Below, in pieces: positions 49,263-59,199 of a stretch of DNA of 64,000 bases (its first letter is position 1; each line of letters begins with the position of its first letter). The DNA is from Spirochaetia bacterium (GTDB lineage: Bacteria; Spirochaetota; Spirochaetia; CAKZLE01), in NCBI GenBank assembly GCA_963677595.1, contig OY782041.1:2912001-2976000 (forward strand), in the 5' to 3' direction. The position numbers and the translations under genes are program-made. The notes under the pieces were generated by a model. It did not search any database. It had not been told where the DNA came from and saw only the letters and a program-made list of their open reading frames with translations.

Positions 49263-49442
49263 GGTACTCTCTCCTCTGCTCTGATGTGACAAATAGTATA
49301 TACCTCAGTATAGCAGGAGATTCCCATCTCTTCTACTGTTCTTTTACGACGGCATACGATTATCGCAGGCCGGCAGGGAAGAAATATTCGTGACATCTCC
49401 TGTGGTTATCCTGTATAGTGAATACGAGGAATCAGATCATAT

Positions 49443-50816
49443 ATGAAATACATACTGTTTGTCACAGCCCTCGTCGCAGGGGTACCGGGTATGGCAGCCC
49501 TGTCTGCACTCTCTGTGAAGATGAAGCACCTGCTCTTTACCCTGCTCATCTTCTCGTTCATGCTGGGGTCGCGCCTGAGTATCAACCTCGTCTCGATGGA
49601 ACACTACCGGGGGCCGGTGCGGGGCTTCGAGATCACGTTATCGGATCTCATCACCCTTGGGCTTGTCATAGGCATGCTGCTGCGCAGCGGCAGCCGGGTC
49701 GTCTTCCTCCCGAGGTTCTTCTGGCCCTTTCTCGCGTTCTTCCTCGTGGCTGTCGCGAATGTCGCCCTCTCGGAGTATACCCTCTACGGCTGGTTCGTCA
49801 TCTGGCAGCTCTTCCGGATGGGCCTCCTCTACTGGATGATATACAACTTCTTCGTCACCGATGAGTACAGTCCCGAGTCGATCCGTGCCCTCATGAACGG
49901 GTTCATCCTCACCGGTCTGCTCCTGCTTGCGATCACCTTCAAGCAGAAGTATGTCGACGGGATCTACCGGGCCATGGCGTTCTTCGACCACTCGAACACG
50001 ATACCATCGTTCGCTCTCCTCTATCTCTGCCTGCTGATCGTCTGGGGCCTGTATGAGCAGCGGCTGGGACTCATGACGGTCCTCATCGCCCTCGCAGCCG
50101 CCCTTGGGACGACCTTTGCCATCCTGGCTACCGGTTCCCGTACGGGGATGGTCACTGCCGCCGGTGCGTATGCGGCGGCGATCGGGCTCGCGAACCTCTT
50201 CAGGAGTTCGAGAGGGAGACCGAGGGGAGTGACCCTCAGGACGCGGGTAGCCTCGGTGATCATCATCCTCGGCATGCTTGCCGGGTTCCTCATGGTCCTC
50301 GATACCGTCATCGACCGGTTCCTCAATGCACCGGCCTCGAGTGAGGAGGCAAGGGAGGAGTTCGAGATCTCGGCCGTGATGATGGCAGACGACTATCGCT
50401 TCGGGGTCGGGCTCAACCAGTTCTCACAGGTGCTGACAGAAGAGTCTGCCTACCGTGAGCACTTCGTTGCCATGGGGAACGAGGAGGAGGGCGGGGTGGC
50501 CCACCATATCTACCTGCTCACGGCAGCCGAGATGGGCTGGCCGGGGATGTACCTCTTCATCGGGCTCATCGCCCTCCTGGTCCTGTCTATGGTGTGGAAC
50601 GGGATCAGGATGCGTACGACCGATGAGCGGCTGCTGCTGGCGGCAGCAGTGGGGGTGTGCATCCTGCTGCTCATCGGGTTCTATGAATGGGTACTGCGGC
50701 AGACGCCGGTCCTCTGTGAGTTCGTGACGCTGATCGCGTTCGGGCAGGCGATGGTCAGTAAGGTCAAGCGGGACCGGAAGGCCAGGATCCGGGCAGGCAG
50801 GGAGCAGAAGGGATGA
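49443..50816 (+). CDS. O-antigen ligase/Wzy-type polymerase
   Basis: Multi-TM; TGSRTG, FGVGLNQF, AHHIYLLTAAEMG. Confidence 0.85.
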   Translation: MKYILFVTALVAGVPGMAALSALSVKMKHLLFTLLIFSFMLGSRLSINLVSMEHYRGPVRGFEITLSDLITLGLVIGMLLRSGSRVVFLPRFFWPFLAFFLVAVANVALSEYTLYGWFVIWQLFRMGLLYWMIYNFFVTDEYSPESIRALMNGFILTGLLLLAITFKQKYVDGIYRAMAFFDHSNTIPSFALLYLCLLIVWGLYEQRLGLMTVLIALAAALGTTFAILATGSRTGMVTAAGAYAAAIGLANLFRSSRGRPRGVTLRTRVASVIIILGMLAGFLMVLDTVIDRFLNAPASSEEAREEFEISAVMMADDYRFGVGLNQFSQVLTEESAYREHFVAMGNEEEGGVAHHIYLLTAAEMGWPGMYLFIGLIALLVLSMVWNGIRMRTTDERLLLAAAVGVCILLLIGFYEWVLRQTPVLCEFVTLIAFGQAMVSKVKRDRKARIRAGREQKG

Positions 50817-50935
50817 AACCCTTCCCTGCAGCCGTTCTTTGGGGTATGATAGAGGGAACAGCCGTAGGTCCCTTAGGGGGCCAGGCGGATGAAAAGTGAA
50901 GAACGATCAGATCTTTGTATGAGGGTGCGTAGATT

Positions 50936-52861
50936 ATGAGTGAAGAATATGACGAACGGGCTGAGGAGTTCCACCTCCCCCTTGAACTGAAGACCGTCCT
51001 CAAGTCGGTCAGGCGCAAGTGGTACCTGCTCCTGCTCCTGGCAGTCCTTGCCGCTGGTGCCGGGTATGAGGCAGCCCTGGAGTTCGGCTCCAAGACCTAC
51101 GCTGCCGTGACGGTGCTCGCCTACCAGCCGATCGAGTCGATCGTTTCCGACACCTTCCAGATCTTCCAGACGATGGGCGAGGGGACTGAGCTCTCCTATG
51201 CCCAGGGGGCAGGCGTGGTCCGGCTCTCAGACAGCGACAAGTCGCTGAGCAACCAGATCCACCGGGTGAAGCTTCCCTCCAACCTCGAGCAGCTGCGCCA
51301 GGAGCTGCAGCTGGAGATGACCATCGACGCTGTCGGCAGTGCCGTCGATGTTGATACGGAGGGGAACACCAACCTGATGATCATCAGCGCTGAAGCCAAC
51401 ACTGCCGAGCTGGCGAGCAGCATGGCGAACACCCTCCGTGATATCTACCTGGAGCAGGCTGACGAGATCATCGCCGAGAACCTGCAGCAGAACATGGACT
51501 CTCTCAAGGCCCAGTATGAGGTCTCAAAGGGGATGCTCGATGACGTGAGGACCGAGTTCAGGGCCTATGTCGAGCAGTACAAGATCACCAACATCGATTT
51601 CGCTATCCAGAGGATCTCGGAGGAGCTCATCGGGCTCGAGCTCTCCCTGCCGCGGATCGCCGAGGAGATCGATTACAACAAGCAGCAGATCGCGGCTCTC
51701 GAGGCGAGCATCGGGAAGGACTCGGGGGCTGATTCCTACCTGGTCCCCCTGGTGAAGAAGAAGATCAACGACCACCAGCTAGCCCTGATCGAGGCTGAGG
51801 GCACCTATGCCTCAGACAAGAAGCGGTATGACCAGCTCTACGGGCAGTATGAGAACCTGCCGGAGATCAAGCAGCAGTATACCATCCTCTCAGGACAGCT
51901 CGCCACGCTCGAGGCTGAGACCAAGGGGCTCGAGAAGGTCCTCAGCCAGTATGACCTCCTGTCGGCAGATGTCTACTCCGATTTCGCGATCATCTCGGAA
52001 GCGGTGCCTCCCAGCCTCCCGATGAGTTCGAACAGGAAGCTGATCGCCGTTGCGGTAGCCGGGGTCATCTTCATCTTCGGCTTCATGCTTATCCTCCTCC
52101 TGATCATTACGGACACCCGCCTGCGATCTGCCGGGGATGCCCGGCAGAAGCTGCAGGAACCGGTGCTCAAGGAGTTCCCCTATGAGAAGCACCAGGGCAT
52201 CCTGCTGCCGGGAAGCGACGGGAGGGAGGCGAAACATATCGAGACCTACCGGATCCTCGCACGTTCCCTGCGGATGAAGCTCCCCGATACGGGGGGGACC
52301 CTCCTCATCACCAGCACGACTGCCGGTGAGGGGAAGACCACGGCCGCGATCAACCTCGCCGCGGTCTACGGGAGGCAGGACCAGCGGGTCCTGCTCATAG
52401 ACGCGCAGGTCCGTTCCGGTGCGAAACCGAAGCTGCTGCATAACCTCATCGCTGAGGATGAAGCCGACGAGGCTATGGGCCTGGGGGAATACCTCTCCTA
52501 TAAGGCCTTCGATCCCGAGGAGATCATCTCCCGGACGTGGCTGCCCGGCGTCGATATCATCACCGGTTCCCAGGAGGCGGTCATTCCCGACCTCCTGCAG
52601 TCCCAGCGCATGGCTGAGCTTGTGACGCAGCTCAAGGAGACCTATTCGATCATCATCTTCGAGGGGGCTCCCGTCGGGGAGAGTGTCGACTCGGAGATCA
52701 TCGCCCAGTACTGCGACTACTGGGTCATGACCGCCGCCTGCGGCAGGGAGAGACCGGACAGTATCAGGGCAGCATTGAAGCGGATGAAACAGGAGCCGAT
52801 CCTGTTCGCCGGGATCATCCTGACGAAGGTGAGGAAGACGTTTCGTGATACAGCCTTATAG
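50936..52861 (+). CDS. Wzc/GumC-like polysaccharide co-polymerase with kinase-like domain
   Basis: TM, coiled coil, TM, then ITSTTAGEGKTT, VLLIDAQ, IIFEG. Confidence 0.85.
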   Translation: MSEEYDERAEEFHLPLELKTVLKSVRRKWYLLLLLAVLAAGAGYEAALEFGSKTYAAVTVLAYQPIESIVSDTFQIFQTMGEGTELSYAQGAGVVRLSDSDKSLSNQIHRVKLPSNLEQLRQELQLEMTIDAVGSAVDVDTEGNTNLMIISAEANTAELASSMANTLRDIYLEQADEIIAENLQQNMDSLKAQYEVSKGMLDDVRTEFRAYVEQYKITNIDFAIQRISEELIGLELSLPRIAEEIDYNKQQIAALEASIGKDSGADSYLVPLVKKKINDHQLALIEAEGTYASDKKRYDQLYGQYENLPEIKQQYTILSGQLATLEAETKGLEKVLSQYDLLSADVYSDFAIISEAVPPSLPMSSNRKLIAVAVAGVIFIFGFMLILLLIITDTRLRSAGDARQKLQEPVLKEFPYEKHQGILLPGSDGREAKHIETYRILARSLRMKLPDTGGTLLITSTTAGEGKTTAAINLAAVYGRQDQRVLLIDAQVRSGAKPKLLHNLIAEDEADEAMGLGEYLSYKAFDPEEIISRTWLPGVDIITGSQEAVIPDLLQSQRMAELVTQLKETYSIIIFEGAPVGESVDSEIIAQYCDYWVMTAACGRERPDSIRAALKRMKQEPILFAGIILTKVRKTFRDTAL

Positions 52862-52889
52862 TAGACCTGAAGCAGGATGAGGGGGAGAG

Positions 52890-55451
52890 ATGGAAGAGCT
52901 CAAGACGATCGAACATATCTGCTATACGATACTCCTGGCCATCGGTGAGTCGAATGACCTGACCAGGATGCTCAGTACGAGCCTCTCTGCCTACATGCGG
53001 GAACTCAACTGTTCCAGGGGGGCTGTCCTCCTGCGGTCCGAAGGTCCTGCGGGACCATCAGACCTGTCGCTCGTCTACTCGATCCCGAGAAAGCTCGACC
53101 GTCATGAATCGTTCAACCTGCTCTACGAGGAGATCATGCACAGCCGGTATATAACCGGTGATGAGCTTGTCCGGCAGGGTGAGGATGGTATCTATTACGT
53201 CCTGAGCATCGGCGATATCGGGCTGCTCGTGCTCTACCGTAAGTATGGTTCTCTTCCCGATGAGCTCATCCGCCAGCTGCGGCCAGTCAACAGCAAGCTT
53301 GCCGTAGCCTGCAGGAGCTGTACAAAGCATGAGGCCTACCTGGCGAGCTATCACCGGTTCATGGACATGGTGAACATGCTCCCCGGGATCATCTTCGAGC
53401 TCGACCGGGACCTCACCATCACCTTCTACAACCGGTACACCCAGGAGGTCTTCCAGCAGGTGGACTCGAGCAACTTCAGTCCCGAGACCCTCTATGACTT
53501 CTTCCCGGCTGATGAGAAGCCGTCTGTCCGTGCCCTCTTCGACCGGATCAGCTCCGGGGAGGAGCTGGTGGACGAGGATCTCTGGATGATCAACAGCCGG
53601 CAGGAGCGGTACAAGGTGAACCTCCTCGTCTCGCCGATCCGCAGCAACCAGGCGGTCACCGGCTACCGGGGGATCGCCACCGATGTCACGCATCGGTACA
53701 AGCTCGAGCAGGACCTGCTCAGGCGGGATAAGGCCCTGCAGGCGATCACCTTCTCTGCCCAGGAGCTCGTCAAGTCAGATGACCTCATGGCGAGTCTCGA
53801 GACGGTCCTCAGACTCGTTGGCGAGGGGATGGCTGTCGACCGGTGCTACCTCTTCGTGAACGACCATGATGCATCAGGCAGGGCCGTGACGACGAGCCAG
53901 CGGATCGAGTGGTGTGCGCCGGGGGTCGTTCCGGAGATCGACAACCCCGAGCTGCAGGCCCTCCCGATGAATGAGGGTGACAGCCTTTACCAGCCACTGT
54001 TCAGCGGAGAGATCTTCAGTGCAGTCGTGGGTGAGATGGAAGAGGGGGAGATCCGCGAACTGCTGGAGTCCCAGAGTATCCGATCGCTGATCCTCTTGCC
54101 CATCTACCGGAAGAAACTCTTCTGGGGCTTCATCGGTTTCGATGACTGCTCGAATGATCGGCAGTGGGCCTTCCTCGAGCAGGGCCTGCTCGAGGTCCTG
54201 GCAGTCTCCATCTCGGAGGCGATAGAGCGGAAGGATCAGGAGATGAAGATCCGCTCCCTCTATGACGATATCCTCGAGGACCTCGATACCGCACAATCGA
54301 TCCAGAACTACCTGCTGCCTCCCTGGAGTACCAGGAAGAACACGATCGTCTCCTCCTCCAATTACCTCCCGTCGGAGAAGATCGGCGGCGACCTCTTCGA
54401 CTGCTTCCAGCTCTCTGAGAATCAGTATATCTTCTATGTCGCCGACATCTCAGGGCACGGGGTGCAGGCTGCCCTCATCATGACTGCGGTGAAGTCGATC
54501 ATCAAGATGATCCTCACCGAGGAGGAGGGGAAATCGAACCTGGGGAGGGTGATGACGAAACTCAATGCCATCCTCTGCCAGAGTCTCCTCCAGGAGAACT
54601 ACATGACGATCCTCATGTGCTACCTGGATCTGGAGTCAGATACACTCAGCTATCTCAATGCCGGCCATCCACCCCTGCTGATCCTCAACCGGGAGGCAGG
54701 CACGATGCGTGCTCTAGATGCCGGCGGTGCGATCCCGGTCGGCTGGATCGGTGACCACGTCTACCGGGATGACCAGGTGGAGACGGTCCCCGTCCTTCCT
54801 GCGGATCGTTTCTGCCTCTATACCGACGGTGTGTATGAGTGTGCTGATGCTTCTGGCGAGCTGCTCGGGTTCGACCGGTTCCTCTCATTCGTCTCGGAAG
54901 AGCTCATAGAATATGCACCGATCATGATCCCCCATGTCTGCTTCGACCGGATCAGGGATATGGGGTACCATGACCGGGGTGATGACTTCACCTTCATCGT
55001 GTTCCATACGCCGTTCGGGAAGGAGGCTTTCCCTGATACCTGGTGCTTCCATATGGAGAGTGACCTGCAGTATATAGACCAGGCGGTGGAGGAGAGCGAC
55101 CGGTTCATGGAAGCCCACCAGGCTGATGAGGTCCTTCGGATGCATGTGAGGCTCGTCATGACGGAGTTCCTGGCCAATATCATCACGCACGGGTTCGATG
55201 AACCCTCTGCTGAGATCATCGTCATCGAGATCGATTACGGGGAGGAGGTCGTCCTGACCTTCAGGGACCGGGCCATGGAGTGGGACATGCCGCCGAAGGC
55301 CGAGAGTCAGGAGCACTTCTTCGACATGCTCAATGATGAGCAGTCAGACTGCGGACGGGGCATGCAGCTCATCTATGCTGTCTCCGAATCACACAGCAGG
55401 GTACGGTACGACCGGGTCAATGAGACCCGGATCATCCTGAAACAGTCCTGA
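52890..55451 (+). CDS. PAS-GAF-SpoIIE(PP2C) phosphatase fused to HATPase_c (RsbW-like) kinase
   Basis: IGGD, ADISGHG, NAGHPP, YTDG, DD motifs; C-terminal EFLANIITHG...GRGMQLI. Confidence 0.9.
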   Translation: MEELKTIEHICYTILLAIGESNDLTRMLSTSLSAYMRELNCSRGAVLLRSEGPAGPSDLSLVYSIPRKLDRHESFNLLYEEIMHSRYITGDELVRQGEDGIYYVLSIGDIGLLVLYRKYGSLPDELIRQLRPVNSKLAVACRSCTKHEAYLASYHRFMDMVNMLPGIIFELDRDLTITFYNRYTQEVFQQVDSSNFSPETLYDFFPADEKPSVRALFDRISSGEELVDEDLWMINSRQERYKVNLLVSPIRSNQAVTGYRGIATDVTHRYKLEQDLLRRDKALQAITFSAQELVKSDDLMASLETVLRLVGEGMAVDRCYLFVNDHDASGRAVTTSQRIEWCAPGVVPEIDNPELQALPMNEGDSLYQPLFSGEIFSAVVGEMEEGEIRELLESQSIRSLILLPIYRKKLFWGFIGFDDCSNDRQWAFLEQGLLEVLAVSISEAIERKDQEMKIRSLYDDILEDLDTAQSIQNYLLPPWSTRKNTIVSSSNYLPSEKIGGDLFDCFQLSENQYIFYVADISGHGVQAALIMTAVKSIIKMILTEEEGKSNLGRVMTKLNAILCQSLLQENYMTILMCYLDLESDTLSYLNAGHPPLLILNREAGTMRALDAGGAIPVGWIGDHVYRDDQVETVPVLPADRFCLYTDGVYECADASGELLGFDRFLSFVSEELIEYAPIMIPHVCFDRIRDMGYHDRGDDFTFIVFHTPFGKEAFPDTWCFHMESDLQYIDQAVEESDRFMEAHQADEVLRMHVRLVMTEFLANIITHGFDEPSAEIIVIEIDYGEEVVLTFRDRAMEWDMPPKAESQEHFFDMLNDEQSDCGRGMQLIYAVSESHSRVRYDRVNETRIILKQS

Positions 55452-55457
55452 GCAGCT

Positions 55458-56639
55458 TTAGTCGAGTACTGACTGCAGCAGGGTCTCGATCTCGTCGACG
55501 TAGCGGGTGAAGGAGAACCGTGTCACCGCTGTCTCCCTGCCGTTCTCCGTGAGACGGGAGTACAGTTCACTATCCCCAGCCATTCTTCCGATCGCCTCAG
55601 CAAGCTCCCCGGCATCGCCCGGGGAGAAGGTGAGGGCGTTCTTCCCGTCTTCCAGGAACTCTCCCTGCCCGCCGTTCGCCGTGCTGATCACGGCAAGGCC
55701 GCTCGACATCGCCTCAAGGTGGGTGAGCCCGAAGGGCTCCTCCCAGATCGAGGGGAAGATGAAGAGGTCATGGCTCTGGTAGAGTCCCTTCATCTGGTCA
55801 TGCGGCAGTCTGCCGAGGAATGTTACCAGTACCTCCAGCCTCCCTGAAAGCTCCTTGAGCTCTCTGACATACGCATCAGGTCCCGTCCCCGCGATCGAGA
55901 GCGTGCAGGGCGGGCATGCCGTCTTCTCCTCGAGCAGTGAAAGGGCCTCGAGGATGGTATGCACCCCCTTGTAGTGGTGGAGCTGTCCTGCATAGAGGAT
56001 CCTGATCGGGTTTCCCATGCTGCCGGCATCGGGCTTCAAGGGAAATTCCTCTAGTGGTATCCCCTGATAGATGACCGTAGAGTCCTCGACCGGGACCCCG
56101 CCGGCGATGAGATTGTCCTTCAGCAGCCTGCTGATGCTCGTCGAGGTGGGGAATCGCAGGCCCCGGAACGTGATCTGCGGGGTGATGAAGCGGTCCGTGA
56201 ACCATCGTACGGCTTTTCTCGGGTGTGATGAGCAACGCGTCGGGGCGAATCCAGCCATGTGTTCGTCATTGAAGGTGTAGAGGGTCGGGATCCCTGATTC
56301 CTCCGCAGCCCGGGCCGGGCCCAATGTGAGCCTGAGGATACTCCAGATGAAGATCACATCGGGCTTGACTTCCTCTATGACCGCTGCGGTCTCCCGGTGG
56401 TTGAACCGCTGGGTCTTTACCCGGTCGAACCGGTTGAAGTCCCCGGGTTCGCTGAACGGCAGGTAGAGTCTCAAAGAGCGCCGTACCGTATCAGTGGAGA
56501 CCGGGCTCTCATGGTCCGAGGTCAGGACGAACAGGGAATGGCCTCGTTCTTCGAGGTGCTGGACCACCTGCCCGCAGAGGATCTCGTAGCCGCCGAGGAT
56601 GTAGGGGGGATAGAGGTTAGAGATGATCAGGATCTTCAT
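55458..56639 (-). CDS. Glycosyltransferase family 4
   Basis: YPPYILGGYE, YAGQL..YKG, PSIWEEPFGLTHLEAM; start MKILIIS. Confidence 0.92.
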   Translation of the reverse strand: MKILIISNLYPPYILGGYEILCGQVVQHLEERGHSLFVLTSDHESPVSTDTVRRSLRLYLPFSEPGDFNRFDRVKTQRFNHRETAAVIEEVKPDVIFIWSILRLTLGPARAAEESGIPTLYTFNDEHMAGFAPTRCSSHPRKAVRWFTDRFITPQITFRGLRFPTSTSISRLLKDNLIAGGVPVEDSTVIYQGIPLEEFPLKPDAGSMGNPIRILYAGQLHHYKGVHTILEALSLLEEKTACPPCTLSIAGTGPDAYVRELKELSGRLEVLVTFLGRLPHDQMKGLYQSHDLFIFPSIWEEPFGLTHLEAMSSGLAVISTANGGQGEFLEDGKNALTFSPGDAGELAEAIGRMAGDSELYSRLTENGRETAVTRFSFTRYVDEIETLLQSVLD

Positions 56640-56690
56640 ACCACCAGTGTACTCCAAGAACGGGGGTTTTCCAACCGGTTATCGCAGGTT

Positions 56691-59012
56691 TCAGAACCGG
56701 GCCCTGGTATCCAGGAAGCCGTAGAGACAGATGTTCCAGACCATGGTCTCCCAGACGGAGAACTCGTTGTTGTTTACCAGCGACCAGCCGTCAGCCCACC
56801 TGCGCTGCAGGGGGAGCTCTTCCCAGGCCGGGTAGAGGGTGTCTGATACCACCTTCTGGTACTCCTGTCCGCTGCGCCCCTCGGTCGGCCCGAAGACCAG
56901 GATGCCGGGTACCGACCCGATCGGGTCACCAGCATGGGCGGTGTTGTCCCCCACGACTGCACCGAACCCGGTCGCATAGGAATCAAGGTGGAGGATGCTC
57001 TGCGGCTGTTCGCTGCCGAGACCGGTGACAAAGGAGATACCCAGCGGGTTCAGGCCCAATGCATAGTCACCGAGCTGTGAAATGAGCCCGAAGAGCCGTT
57101 TACGCTCAGCCGGATCCGTCGACAACCGGTAGGCGAAGATATAGACATCGGCATACCTTCCCTGTGCGGTGGCTGCACCCCAGCCGTAGCCCTTGCTCAC
57201 GCCCTGCGGGTAGGGGGCCGTATCGAGGTCGACGCCCTGGTAGCCGCCTTTCGCTGCCTGATCCCTGATGATATCTTCCAGCTCCCGGGCGAGATCCCTG
57301 TCGGTAGGTTCGTCTGCTATGAGGTAGCTGATGAAGTGGGCGGTGGTACAGGTCGCATAGGTGTTCCCGGGCACATACTGGTCCGGCCAGCTGCCTCCCG
57401 CTACGAGTTCTCGTTTAGCTGTATCCTTGAAGACCCGGTGGTAGTAGTCTGCCAGTTCGGCCTTCTCCGGATACATCGCGGCAGTGGCGAGGTAGAGCTG
57501 CCCGGAGGCATAGAGGATCTCACTCTTCTGAGAATCCCCCACACTGGAGCCGTCGGCATCCCCGTGCTTCTCGAGATAGGACCAAGCCGTCTCTGCCTTG
57601 CCGTAGAGCTCCCCGGCACGAGCTGCGTATCGGGGGAATTCGGACAGCAGGCGAGCAGCCTGCGCCATCATCCCGGCACCGTAGCCCGTCACCTCGGGTG
57701 AGACTGCCCAGGTCCCGTAGTCGAGCCCGTCGGTATCGGCTGTTGCCTTCCCGTATTCGGGATGGGCATCCGTCTCGGTCCCGGCCCGTATCCCGCCGTA
57801 GTCGGGGTCATCCTCATCGAGTATGAGCAGCTGCTCCCAGATCGACATGCCCCAGAGGGCCTCGTCGAGGAAGTCGGGGATCGTGTTCCCCGATTCGGGT
57901 ATGGTGTGTTCCCCGTCAGAGAAGTTCCCGGGGAACGCCTCATAATAGCTTAACATGAGGATGGGGATGATCGTGTGCTGGGGTCGGCGGTCGAAGTCCC
58001 CGGCATCATGGTAGCCGCCTGAGATCTGGAACCAGGCATCATCCCTTTCTGGGGTGATCTTCCCGTTCGAACTCCAGGGGATGCGGGTATCGGCGACTTC
58101 CGTGTGGCAGATCTCGCGGGTGTAGGGAGTATAGGCCTCCTCGAGTGCGATCCCGCAGCGCTGGTGGTAGAGTCCGCGTGCGTAGACTTCCGCGATATGA
58201 GATACAGCATTTAAGCTGACCTCGAAGGGGTAGGACCTGCCGAAGCCGTCCACCTCCACCTGGTAGGGACCGCCTTGTGGAACATCAGCAAGGTCAAGGC
58301 GGTAGACATGCTCTCCCGAGGAGACGAGCCCCTCCTCGACAGTGGTGTCGTCTGCCCGATATGCAGCCGTGCCGGAGAACACGATCGACTGGCTCTCCAA
58401 ATCCCTGACCCGGTAGGCCACTGGTTCATCAAGCTTCCGGGAACCCCCAGTGCCGAGATAGACGCCGAGATTGGCATAGCGTACGGGGGAATCAGGATGG
58501 TAGCCTGCCTGGTTCACCTTGATCGACTCGCAGAAGGTGGAGGAGTCGTCGAAGGTGAGGATGATCTCCCCGTAGGGTCCCTCGATGGTATACACCTCAC
58601 CGTCAGCCAAGGGGGTTCCCAGCTCGAGGTAGGTCCAGTACTTCATGGACACAGGGTAGGTGCCGTCTTTCTGCTTCGGCAGCTCATCGACCGAACGGGC
58701 GTAGTGGAAGACTGCGTTCGGAGACATGCCGTTCACGCGCCAGTCATCGACCCCGGTCGTATTCGGGTCCGTCTCGAGGAGTTCCGGGTGGAAGTTATCG
58801 GTCAGGGTCACGGCAATCACTGTGGATGATGCGGTATGCACGTCAAGCAGGGCGGAGACGGGTACCTCGAGTGGTTCGGTTATCGCTTCGATCATTCGGG
58901 ACTCTGATCCCGGGTGGCTTGATGATGTCTCTGGGCTGCAGGCGAGGAGCAGCAGGGAGGACAGCAGGATCAGCAGAGCTACTGCAGAGTAAGAGATATG
59001 CCATTTTCTCAT
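56691..59012 (-). CDS. Glycoside hydrolase family 9 lipoprotein (Ig-like domain + catalytic barrel)
   Basis: Lipobox LLLAC; IKVNQAGY, YHQRCG, GGYHDAGD, LGLNP...FVTGLG, NNNEF; start MRKWH. Confidence 0.85.
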   Translation of the reverse strand: MRKWHISYSAVALLILLSSLLLLACSPETSSSHPGSESRMIEAITEPLEVPVSALLDVHTASSTVIAVTLTDNFHPELLETDPNTTGVDDWRVNGMSPNAVFHYARSVDELPKQKDGTYPVSMKYWTYLELGTPLADGEVYTIEGPYGEIILTFDDSSTFCESIKVNQAGYHPDSPVRYANLGVYLGTGGSRKLDEPVAYRVRDLESQSIVFSGTAAYRADDTTVEEGLVSSGEHVYRLDLADVPQGGPYQVEVDGFGRSYPFEVSLNAVSHIAEVYARGLYHQRCGIALEEAYTPYTREICHTEVADTRIPWSSNGKITPERDDAWFQISGGYHDAGDFDRRPQHTIIPILMLSYYEAFPGNFSDGEHTIPESGNTIPDFLDEALWGMSIWEQLLILDEDDPDYGGIRAGTETDAHPEYGKATADTDGLDYGTWAVSPEVTGYGAGMMAQAARLLSEFPRYAARAGELYGKAETAWSYLEKHGDADGSSVGDSQKSEILYASGQLYLATAAMYPEKAELADYYHRVFKDTAKRELVAGGSWPDQYVPGNTYATCTTAHFISYLIADEPTDRDLARELEDIIRDQAAKGGYQGVDLDTAPYPQGVSKGYGWGAATAQGRYADVYIFAYRLSTDPAERKRLFGLISQLGDYALGLNPLGISFVTGLGSEQPQSILHLDSYATGFGAVVGDNTAHAGDPIGSVPGILVFGPTEGRSGQEYQKVVSDTLYPAWEELPLQRRWADGWSLVNNNEFSVWETMVWNICLYGFLDTRARF

Positions 59013-59199
59013 GTGGTGCGATCCTCCCCCTGGTCTCGATTCTACCTGATTTGGATTGCGTATGCAATGAAAAGGACTTAGGCACATACCATGCAGGAAG
59101 ACGTGTAAAAGGGAGACATAGTGCCGGTTCTCGTGTAGAATAAGGAAACGGCCGGGACCTGAACGGGTCAGCCCAATCCAGTAGACGGGGGAGCGGTTC

